Below are positions 22,218 through 29,945 of a stretch of DNA of 64,000 nt, in pieces. How positions within the stretch are numbered: position 1 is the first letter of the stretch; every line of letters starts with the position of its first letter. This DNA is from an uncultured Chloroflexia bacterium. GTDB taxonomy: Bacteria; Chloroflexota; Limnocylindria; Limnocylindrales; CSP1-4. Where the stretch lies: contig CAWAHN010000014.1 in assembly GCA_963781845.1 (NCBI GenBank), forward strand, positions 16,285 to 80,284. The letters are read 5' to 3'. Both the position numbers and the translations under genes were made by a program. A model generated the notes under the pieces. The model was not told where the DNA came from. It made no database searches and saw only the letters and a list, made by a program, of their open reading frames with translations.

Positions 22218-23234
22218 ATGACCCCGCTCGGTCGACGCCACGTCAGCATCGGACTGCCGACCCGGAACGGCGAGCGCTATATCGCGGAGGCGCTGACCTC
22301 GCTGCTCGGTCAGGACCATCGCGAGTGCGACATCGTCGTGGCCGACAACGCGTCGACGGACCGGACCCCGGACATCGTCCGCGAGATCGTGCGCCGGGAC
22401 GGCCGTGTCCGCCACGAACGGGTCGAGCTGCCGCTGAGCGCGGCGCAGAACTTCAACCGGGCATTCGAGCTGACCGATGGGCCCTCGTTCATGTGGGCCG
22501 CCGACGACGACCGCTGGGACGCCTCGTATGTCGGCCGCTGCCTCGCCGCGCTCGAAGACGATCCCCGGGCCGTGATGGCGACCTCTGGACTTCGCTTCAT
22601 CGACCCGGACGGGGCGGCCATCGATGCCGACTACTCCCGCTACGACAACCCCGACCTCTCGTCCGCATCGACCGTCGAGCGCGTCAGGCGCCTCCTTCGA
22701 CGAGGGGGCTGGTACCAGATCTACGGGGTCGCGCGGCGCGAGGCCCTCGAAGGGACCCGGCTGTTCCAGGACGTCTACGGCCCGGACGTCGTCCTGACCC
22801 TCGAACTGGCCCTGGCCGGCCCGATCCTGCGCGTGCCCGAGGTGTTGTTCTGGTACCGGCGATTCCCGGGTCGCACCGAAGCGGTTCGGGCGAGTCGCCA
22901 GGGCGGCATCCGCGACGAGCTCGACGTCGCGAGCTCGCCTTCGACCCATCTCCAGGAATCGCTGTCCGACGCCGTGCGGGCGTCGACACTGGCCGCTCCG
23001 TTGAAGCTCCGCCTCCTCGCCGAGATCCTCGACGCGTTCTACGTCGAGGACACGCCGATCCGGTCGAGGGCCAGATCCGAGGCTTGGCGGCGGGCCAGGA
23101 CCGCCGCGCGCGATCGGGATGTCGGGCGGTTCGTGAAGTTCAGCCTGGCCCACGGCCTCGATCGACTCGACGATCTCTCGGGCGAGGGGCGTCGATCCGC
23201 TCGGCGCATCGGGCGGAGGCTGGCACGCCGATGA
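22218..23234 (+). CDS. Glycosyltransferase family 2 (GT-A).
   Basis: VSIGLPTRNGERYIAEALTSLLGQDHRECDIVVADNASTD (a DxD-type GT2 N-terminus), 338 aa. Confidence 0.8.
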   Translation: MTPLGRRHVSIGLPTRNGERYIAEALTSLLGQDHRECDIVVADNASTDRTPDIVREIVRRDGRVRHERVELPLSAAQNFNRAFELTDGPSFMWAADDDRWDASYVGRCLAALEDDPRAVMATSGLRFIDPDGAAIDADYSRYDNPDLSSASTVERVRRLLRRGGWYQIYGVARREALEGTRLFQDVYGPDVVLTLELALAGPILRVPEVLFWYRRFPGRTEAVRASRQGGIRDELDVASSPSTHLQESLSDAVRASTLAAPLKLRLLAEILDAFYVEDTPIRSRARSEAWRRARTAARDRDVGRFVKFSLAHGLDRLDDLSGEGRRSARRIGRRLARR

Positions 23235-23244
23235 TCGCGCCGGC

Positions 23245-24579
23245 TCAGCCTCCGGGCCCGACCCCGATCCGTCGGTAGACCTCGACGAGCGTCTCCACCT
23301 GGCGCTCCCAGGCATACCGTTCGGCCGCCGCGAGCGACGCCTCGCGGAACGCCAGCCGCCGCTCCGGCGGCCCGTCGAGGACCTCCCGCAGCGCGCCGGC
23401 GATCGCGCCCGGGTCGGTCGGATCGACCAGGATGCCGCAGCCCGCCGGACGCACGATCGAGGCGATCCCAGGGAGGTCCGACGCGACCACCGGGAGGCCG
23501 GCGCCCAGCGCATCGAACAGCCGGGTCGGTGTCGTCAGGCGGTGGTTGAGCGTCGTCGGCTGGATCGCGATCGCGGCGACGTCGGCGGCGGCCGTCCAGG
23601 CGGCGATGTCCTCCGGCGGGACGCCCGGCAGGAAGTGGATCCGGTCCCTTGCCGGCAGGGTCGCGGCATCGGCGACGAGCCGGTCGCGGAAGGCATCGCC
23701 CGGCCCGACGATCAGCAGCGCGGCGTCGGGGACGTCGGCGATCGCCCGGCAGAGCTGCTCGACGCCGCGGCCCGGGGCGACGTTGCCGAGGCACAGGACG
23801 ATCCGCGTCGACGGCGCGAGCCCGAGGCGTTCCCGGACCGGCTCCGGCTGGGGCATGGAGGGGACCCGTGCCTCGGCACCGACGCCGACCGGTCCGTTGA
23901 CCACGACCGCGGGTCGCACCCCGAGCGTGCGGACGATGACGTCGGCATACGCCTGGTTGGCGGTCAGCACGGCGTCGGCCGATCGCGCCCAGCGCCGCTC
24001 CCGGCGGGCGAGCAGCCGGCGCCACGGCCCGGGCAGCCGCGCGAACCGCGAGCTCTCGACCTGGAGGTCGCGCACGTCGTAGACGACGCGACCGCCGCTG
24101 CGCTTGCGCAGGGCCAGCGCGACCGGCAGGGTGATCAGGCCTTCGGCCTGCCAGACATCGGCCCCCGGCGCGACGACGGCGATCCGGTCCGCCCACTGAC
24201 GCGCCAGCAGGAGGTAGCGCACCGCCTGGATCGGCCGACCGACCACTGTCGTGACCGTCGCCCTGAGGCGCGACCGACGGGGCGCCACCGGGGCCGAGGG
24301 AGCCGCGACGGCCGAGGGCGCGCCACCTCGATCGGCCTCGGGCAGGCGCGGGCTCGGCAGCCATGGCAGCGGGCGCGGCTGGGCGACCCGGACGAGCAGG
24401 AACCCGTCGCGCTCCTCCCGGTCGGGCAGGCCGTCGGCCGTCCGCGCGACCACCGTCACGGACCAGCCCGCCGCCCCCAGGCTACGCGCGATCTTCCACG
24501 AGCGCGAGTCCGACACGAACGGGTTGTTGAGGAGCAGGACGAGCCTGCGCGCCGGGCCCGGACCTTCATTCGCGCTCAC
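23245..24579 (-). CDS. Glycosyltransferase family 4, paralog 2 of 3.
   Basis: GTG start VSANEGPGPARRLVLLLNNPFVSDSRSWKIARSL, overlapping the upstream GT stop (GTGA). C-terminal TTPTRLFDALGAGLPVVASDLPGIASIV. The upstream part of the track ORF is Arg/Gly junk. Confidence 0.75.
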   Translation of the reverse strand: MSANEGPGPARRLVLLLNNPFVSDSRSWKIARSLGAAGWSVTVVARTADGLPDREERDGFLLVRVAQPRPLPWLPSPRLPEADRGGAPSAVAAPSAPVAPRRSRLRATVTTVVGRPIQAVRYLLLARQWADRIAVVAPGADVWQAEGLITLPVALALRKRSGGRVVYDVRDLQVESSRFARLPGPWRRLLARRERRWARSADAVLTANQAYADVIVRTLGVRPAVVVNGPVGVGAEARVPSMPQPEPVRERLGLAPSTRIVLCLGNVAPGRGVEQLCRAIADVPDAALLIVGPGDAFRDRLVADAATLPARDRIHFLPGVPPEDIAAWTAAADVAAIAIQPTTLNHRLTTPTRLFDALGAGLPVVASDLPGIASIVRPAGCGILVDPTDPGAIAGALREVLDGPPERRLAFREASLAAAERYAWERQVETLVEVYRRIGVGPGG

Positions 24580-25952
24580 GGCGCCGGCCCCGCGGCGACC
24601 GTCGACAGGCGCCGGTAGAGGCCGACGAGGCCCTCGCGCGCCGTCTCCCAGCTGTAGCGCTCGAGGGCGACGGTCCGGCAGCGCAGGCGCAGGGCATCTC
24701 GCTCGGCGGCGGGGAGCGTCAGGAGCCCGTTGACGGCCAGTGCGATCGCAGGCGGCGAGTCGACGTCGCAGCAGCGGCCCACGCCCTCGGCGCGCGTCAG
24801 CCGGCAGTGCTCGGTGCCCTCGCCGACGACGATCGGGACGCCCGCCATCAGCGATTGGAAGAGCTTGTTCGGGAGGGTCAGGCGCTGGTTGAGCGTCCGC
24901 GGCGGCGCCCCGACGAACGAGACGTCCGCACCCGCTGTCCAGTCCAGCAGCTCGGCCTCCGGAACGGCGGGCAGGACGACCATCCGGTCGGGTCGGGTCA
25001 CCGCTTCGCCCGCCAGCCATGACTGCAGCTGGCCGAAGCCGAGGAAGACCCCGACCGCTCCGATCTCGACGAGCGCCGGATCGTCCAGCGCCGCGACGAG
25101 CTCCTCGATGCCCTGGTCGACCCGGAACGCGCCCTGGTACAGCACGAGCGGCCGGCTGGCCGTCCCTGGGCCGAGCGCGGCGCCGACCGCCACGCGGAGT
25201 CGATCCGACGGGACCGGTCCGCGCGTCTCGGGATGCCACGCGGGCGGACAGTTGAGCAGGACCACCGGCTCGGGCACGCCGAACCGCTGAGCGACCTCGC
25301 GTGCCATCGATGGCGTGGCGGCGAGGACGCCGGCCGCCTGCCGGACCAGGCTCCGCTCGCGCCGACGGATGAGCGCCCGGAGCACCTCGGGCAGCTTCAC
25401 CAGCCGGGCGGACTCGGTGTGCAGATCGGCGACGTCGTAGACGAACCGGCCCTCCGGCCCGGCGGTCCGCCGGGCCGCATCGCGGGCGACCGGCAACGCG
25501 ATCAACGCCTTGGCGTGGACCACCTGTGCGTCCGGCGCCGCCGCGCCGACCGCCGCCGACCACTCGCGACCCCGCCGCACGGTCGCGAGGATCTCGAGGC
25601 CGCGGCGGAGCGGCGCCCGGAGCCGGTCCACGCCGCGCGCGGGGCCGACCGGCAGCGTCTCGGCGTCGGGTGCGAGCCCGGTCGCCCGGAGGATCGTGGA
25701 ACGGACCGGGCCCGGCAGCGGCTCGAGGCCGCTCCCGATCCGTCGGTCGAGCGTCACCCGGCGCAGCTCGACGCGCTCGCCGAGCGTCGCCGCCTCGGGA
25801 AGTCCGGGGCCGGCGAAGGCGACCACCGTGACGGCATGCCCGTCATCGGCCAGGGTCGACGCCGTCTTGAGCAGGCGGGACTCGTGCTCGAATGTGTTCG
25901 CCGCGACGATGGCCACCCGAAGCCGGCCCGGGACCGGCCCGGGACCGGTCAT
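24576..25952 (-). CDS. Glycosyltransferase family 4, paralog 3 of 3.
   Basis: MTGPGPVPGRLRVAIVAANTFEHESRLLKTAS... C-terminal TLPNKLFQSLMAGVPIVVGEG. The ATG at 25952 overlaps the DegT stop (ATGA). Confidence 0.75.
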   Translation of the reverse strand: MTGPGPVPGRLRVAIVAANTFEHESRLLKTASTLADDGHAVTVVAFAGPGLPEAATLGERVELRRVTLDRRIGSGLEPLPGPVRSTILRATGLAPDAETLPVGPARGVDRLRAPLRRGLEILATVRRGREWSAAVGAAAPDAQVVHAKALIALPVARDAARRTAGPEGRFVYDVADLHTESARLVKLPEVLRALIRRRERSLVRQAAGVLAATPSMAREVAQRFGVPEPVVLLNCPPAWHPETRGPVPSDRLRVAVGAALGPGTASRPLVLYQGAFRVDQGIEELVAALDDPALVEIGAVGVFLGFGQLQSWLAGEAVTRPDRMVVLPAVPEAELLDWTAGADVSFVGAPPRTLNQRLTLPNKLFQSLMAGVPIVVGEGTEHCRLTRAEGVGRCCDVDSPPAIALAVNGLLTLPAAERDALRLRCRTVALERYSWETAREGLVGLYRRLSTVAAGPAP

Positions 25953-27073
25953 CGCGGGGCGTGCGTCGATCGGGCCGGGGATCGGGCCGGCACACGGACC
26001 GGCTCGCGCACGTGGCGACCCACCGCCCCCTGGACCGCGGCGATCACCCGCTGCTGATCGTCGATCGTCAGGCCGGCGTACATCGGCAGGCCGAGCGAGC
26101 CGTCGGCGGCCGCGTCGGTGATCGGCAGCTCGGCATGGATGCCCCGCTCGAGGACGTAGGGCTGGCGATGGATCGGGACCGGGTATTCGATCGCGACCTC
26201 GACCCCGTGATCGGCGAGGTCCGCGGCCACGTCGTCGCGAGCCGGCCCCAGGCCGATCGTGTACCGATGGAACACGTGGCGTCGGCCGACCGGCACGAGG
26301 GGCCGACGGATCGGCAACGCGGCGAACGCAGCGCCGTAGCGGGCGGCGATCGCCCGCCGGGCGAGGATCCCGGGTTCGATCCGGTCGAGACCGACCAGGC
26401 CGATCGCGGCGGCGACCTCGGACAGGTGGAAGTCGAAGCCGAGGATCTCCGCTTGCCGTCCGCGCCGACCGTGGTCGCGATAGCGACGGATCCAGTCGGC
26501 CAGCCGATCGTCGTCGGTGCTGACCAGGCCGCCCTCGCCGGCGCCGTAGAGCCCGAAGGCCCCGTGCCCCCACGAACCGGCGCGCCGACCCCGGAACGTC
26601 GCCCCGTGGGCGCCGCCGCCATCCTCGACGACGGCCAGCCCATGGCGGTCGGCGATGGCCGTGATCATGTCCATGTCGGCGACCAGACCGTGCAGGTGGA
26701 CGGGGTAGATCGCCCGGGTCCGGGGCGTGATCGCCGCCTCGATCCGGGCCGCGTCGATCAGGTACGTGTCGGGCTCGATGTCGATGAAGACGGGGCTTGC
26801 GCCGGTGAACAGGATCGAGCTGACGGTGGCATTGACCGTGTGGCTGACCGTGATGACCTCGTCACCGGGGCCGATCCCGAGGCCGGCCAGGATGCACATC
26901 CTGGCGACCGTGCCGTTGACGACCGCGACCGCGTGACGGACCCCGACGAACTCGGCCCAGCGCGCTTCGATCTCGGCGACCCGCCGACCGGGGACCGTCG
27001 ACCGCGACAGGAGCGCCTCGGCGACGGCCTCCGACTCCTCCCGCCCGACATCGGGTCGCACCGCCGGGATCAT
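25949..27073 (-). CDS. DegT/DnrJ/EryC1/StrS-family (PLP-dependent sugar aminotransferase fold) protein with an apparent deletion of the PLP-lysine loop.
   Basis: MIPAVRPDVGREESEAVAEALLS... DEVITVSHTVNATVSSI... AHGATFRGRRAGSWGHGAFGLYGAGEGGLV. The canonical FSFYPxKNLGAxGDGG region is six residues shorter here and has no Lys. This was verified on the DNA (ggcacggggccttcgggctctacggcgccggcgagggcggc). Confidence 0.75.
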   Translation of the reverse strand: MIPAVRPDVGREESEAVAEALLSRSTVPGRRVAEIEARWAEFVGVRHAVAVVNGTVARMCILAGLGIGPGDEVITVSHTVNATVSSILFTGASPVFIDIEPDTYLIDAARIEAAITPRTRAIYPVHLHGLVADMDMITAIADRHGLAVVEDGGGAHGATFRGRRAGSWGHGAFGLYGAGEGGLVSTDDDRLADWIRRYRDHGRRGRQAEILGFDFHLSEVAAAIGLVGLDRIEPGILARRAIAARYGAAFAALPIRRPLVPVGRRHVFHRYTIGLGPARDDVAADLADHGVEVAIEYPVPIHRQPYVLERGIHAELPITDAAADGSLGLPMYAGLTIDDQQRVIAAVQGAVGRHVREPVRVPARSPARSTHAPR

Positions 27074-27194
27074 CTGCACGCTCGCGCCGCGTGCCGACGG
27101 ATCGATCACGGAGCCTCCGGTGGTGCCTGGGTCGGCAGCGGGAACCAGCCTCGAGGTCACCGCCGACCGAACCTCGAGTATAGCCTCGGACGGG

Positions 27195-27635
27195 TCAGCG
27201 GAGCCGCCGAACCACGAGCCACAGGAGGCCGAGAACGGTCCCCATCGCGAGCCCGCCGCGCCAGTCGAGCAGGACGGTCGCCTCGCCGTCGGTCCGTGCG
27301 GCGATGACCAGCGCGGCGCCCGAGCCACGCTCGAAATGGACCTCCTGGGCGACGACCGACCGGATGAGCGCCTGCGAGATGCGCGCCCGCTGGGCCGCCA
27401 CCAGGCCGGCGGAGGCCATGGTCAGCGTCGCCTCGTTCGCGGCGAGGGCGCCGACCGCACCGAGCTCGACGGATGCTCGCTGGGCCTGGGCGGCGCCGAT
27501 CGCACCGAACGACACCGACAGGTCGTCGGTCTGGACGGCGCCGAGAGCGCCGCGCTGGACGTCGACGCGCGCCGGGCGCGGGGCCTCGGTCCCGTCAGGG
27601 ACCGGGGCGGGGGTCGGGTCGGGAACGTGGGTCAT
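27195..27635 (-). CDS. Hypothetical small C-terminally membrane-anchored protein with internal Ala/Gly-rich repeats.
   Basis: 146 aa, MTHVPDPTPAPVPDG...GALGAVQTDDLSVSFGAIGAAQAQRASVELGAVGALAANE...AMGTVLGLLWLVVRRLR. GC3-rich codons. GGAG about 10 nt upstream of the ATG. Confidence 0.45.
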   Translation of the reverse strand: MTHVPDPTPAPVPDGTEAPRPARVDVQRGALGAVQTDDLSVSFGAIGAAQAQRASVELGAVGALAANEATLTMASAGLVAAQRARISQALIRSVVAQEVHFERGSGAALVIAARTDGEATVLLDWRGGLAMGTVLGLLWLVVRRLR

Positions 27636-27797
27636 CGGTCGGCTCCGGATGGGTCTTCTCAGGGTCAGACTACCGCGCGGACGACGCCTCCGCCCGCGCG
27701 CGGGCCCTCGAGACCGGGCCGCCGACGGGGTCTTCGGCAGACTCGGTATATCCTGCCCGGCGACGGACGCACCGCGCCGTCCGCCGAAAGGGTCCAG
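27636..27797. promoter_or_regulatory. Divergent intergenic region between the small membrane protein gene and the DUF3048 lipoprotein gene.
   Basis: 162-bp gap between divergent CDS starts. Confidence 0.3.
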
Positions 27798-29024
27798 ATG
27801 TCCGTCCTCGTTCCCCATCCGCGTCGCGCGATCAGCCTCGCGCTGACGATCGGCCTGCTCGCCGGTGCGTGCGGCAGCACGAACCCGAGCGTGACCCCGA
27901 TCGCCCAGGTCTCGACCGCCCCGAGCGCCAGCCCGTCGCTCCCGAGCGAGGTCCCGAGCTCCTCCCCCGACGTCAGTCCCACCCCCGAACCGACGCCGAC
28001 CCCCGAACCGACCCCGGTCACCGTCCCGGCTCCCCTGACCGGCCTGCCGGTCACGCCGGCCCAGGCCCGACGGCATCCCATCGCGGTGATGGTCGACGAC
28101 CTGGGGGCGGCTCGACCCCAGTCCGGGTTCAGCGCGGCGTCGGTGGTCTGGCAGGCCCCGGCCGAAGGCGGCATCCCCCGCTACATGATGGTCTTCGGCG
28201 AGAACCAGCCCGGCGACGTCGGCCCGGTCCGCAGCTCGCGTTACTACTACATCGCCTGGGCCGCCGAGTGGAAGGCGGTCTACGCCCATGCCGGCGGCTC
28301 GCCCCAGGCCCTCCAGACCCTGGCCGCCAACGGCAATGGCAAGCTCGTCTACAACGCGGACGAGTTCCGCTGGGCCGGGGCGTTCCGCCGGATCTCCAGC
28401 CGGTTCCCGCCGCACAACCTGTACACGACGGGCGGGCAGCTGACATCGCTGGCCAAGCGACTCGGTGCCAAGCCGATCACCGCGGGACCCGTCTGGCAGT
28501 TCGCCCCGGACGCCCCGCTCGAAGCGCGACCGGTCGGCGGCAAGATCACGTTCGCCTATCCGACGAGCATCATCCGCTACGACTACGACCGGGCGACCAA
28601 CACCTACCCGCGGTCGGTCAGCGTCGAGGGCAAGCAGAAGGACGCCTCGACCAAGAAGCGGGTCGCCCCCAAGAACGTGATCATCATGCTGATGAGCTTC
28701 GGGCCGCTCAACGACGGCCATCCCAAGAAGCACCGCCTCGAGGCCAAGGTGGTCGGCAGCGGACCGGCCTGGATCTCGACCAACGGCAAGACGATCAAGG
28801 GCACGTGGCGGAAGAAGTCGCTTACGGCGCCGACGAAGTTCTACAACGCGGCGGGTGCCGAGGTGACCCTGACTGCCGGTCAGACGTTCATCAACGTGAT
28901 GCCCACCGGGACGAGGGTCAGGATCACGCCGGGCGCGCCGCCGCCCGCTCCGACGGCATCCCCGTCGCCCGGCGCGTCGCCGTCACCGTCGGGCGTCGGC
29001 GAGGGGCACCGGGCCGCCGTCTGA
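27798..29024 (+). CDS. DUF3048-family lipoprotein with a Pro/Thr/Glu-rich linker.
   Basis: MSVLVPHPRRAISLALTIGLLAGACGS (a lipobox, LAGAC), an SPTPEPTPTPEPTP linker, then a conserved DUF3048-like body (YMMVFGEN...YYYIAWAAEW). The track ORF's 5' 226 codons were rejected. Confidence 0.8.
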   Translation: MSVLVPHPRRAISLALTIGLLAGACGSTNPSVTPIAQVSTAPSASPSLPSEVPSSSPDVSPTPEPTPTPEPTPVTVPAPLTGLPVTPAQARRHPIAVMVDDLGAARPQSGFSAASVVWQAPAEGGIPRYMMVFGENQPGDVGPVRSSRYYYIAWAAEWKAVYAHAGGSPQALQTLAANGNGKLVYNADEFRWAGAFRRISSRFPPHNLYTTGGQLTSLAKRLGAKPITAGPVWQFAPDAPLEARPVGGKITFAYPTSIIRYDYDRATNTYPRSVSVEGKQKDASTKKRVAPKNVIIMLMSFGPLNDGHPKKHRLEAKVVGSGPAWISTNGKTIKGTWRKKSLTAPTKFYNAAGAEVTLTAGQTFINVMPTGTRVRITPGAPPPAPTASPSPGASPSPSGVGEGHRAAV

Positions 29025-29049
29025 CGGCCGCCGTCCGGTGGGCGGGCGG

Positions 29050-29877
29050 TCAGGCGCGAGGCTTGGCCGGACCGCGGCCGCGGAGCTCGTCCCAGCGCAG
29101 GGTGAGGACCACGATCAGCGCCTCGACGATGATCCGGCGCGACATCTTCGACTGGCCGGCCCGGCGATCCTGGAAGACGATCGGGACCTCGTCGACCCGT
29201 GCTCCCAGTCGACTGGCCCGGTAGGTCATCTCGATCTGGAACACGTAGCCGCCGGCATGGACACCGTCGAACGGGATCGTCCCGAGCGTCGTCGCCCGCC
29301 AGGCCTTGAACCCGCCGGTCAGGTCGTGCGGCTTCAGCCCGAGGACGATCTTGGCGAACAGGCTGCCGCCGCGCGAGATGACCCGCCGGACGACGCCCCA
29401 GTCGCGCACCCCGCCGCCGGCCACGTAGCGCGACCCGATCACCAGGTCCGCGCGGTCGTCGACGATCGGCGCGATGAGCCCGGGAAGGACGCCCGGATCG
29501 TGGCTGAAGTCCGCATCCATCTGGATGACGATCGAGGCACCGCCGGCGATGGCGACCCCGAACCCGTCGAGATACGCCCGGCCGAGACCCTGCTTGGAGG
29601 TCCGATGGCGGACGCGGACCCGCGGATCGGTCGCGGCGAGGTCGTCGGCCATCGTGCCCGTCCCGTCGGGGGATCCGTCGTCGACGACCAGCAGGGTCGC
29701 CCCGGGGAGTCGATCGAGGATCGCCGCGGAGATCGGCCGCAGGTTCTCCGCCTCGTTGTACGTCGGCAGGACCACCCACGCCCCCGTTCCGACCGGCGGG
29801 CCCGCATCGGGGCCGGGCATGGGGGAGATCGTCACGATCACCTCGGGCGTGACTGGGTCGTTCGACTCGACGGTCAT
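29050..29877 (-). CDS. Polyprenol-phosphate glycosyltransferase (GT2; dolichol-phosphate mannosyltransferase/GtrB/CsbB-like).
   Basis: VVLPTYNEAENLRPISAAILDRLP...LVVDDGSPDGT...QMDADFSHDP, C-terminal TM/amphipathic tail, 275 aa. Confidence 0.85.
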   Translation of the reverse strand: MTVESNDPVTPEVIVTISPMPGPDAGPPVGTGAWVVLPTYNEAENLRPISAAILDRLPGATLLVVDDGSPDGTGTMADDLAATDPRVRVRHRTSKQGLGRAYLDGFGVAIAGGASIVIQMDADFSHDPGVLPGLIAPIVDDRADLVIGSRYVAGGGVRDWGVVRRVISRGGSLFAKIVLGLKPHDLTGGFKAWRATTLGTIPFDGVHAGGYVFQIEMTYRASRLGARVDEVPIVFQDRRAGQSKMSRRIIVEALIVVLTLRWDELRGRGPAKPRA

Positions 29878-29945
29878 CGCGCCCAGTGTACGGGACGGGA
29901 AGCGGACCCGGGCCACGCTCCCGACCTCGATCCGGGCGATGCCGC

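Noticed and set aside
27195-28733. 512-aa minus-strand ORF.
   Set aside because: Only the last 146 codons (27195..27635) look coding. The upstream portion is antisense to the DUF3048 lipoprotein gene.
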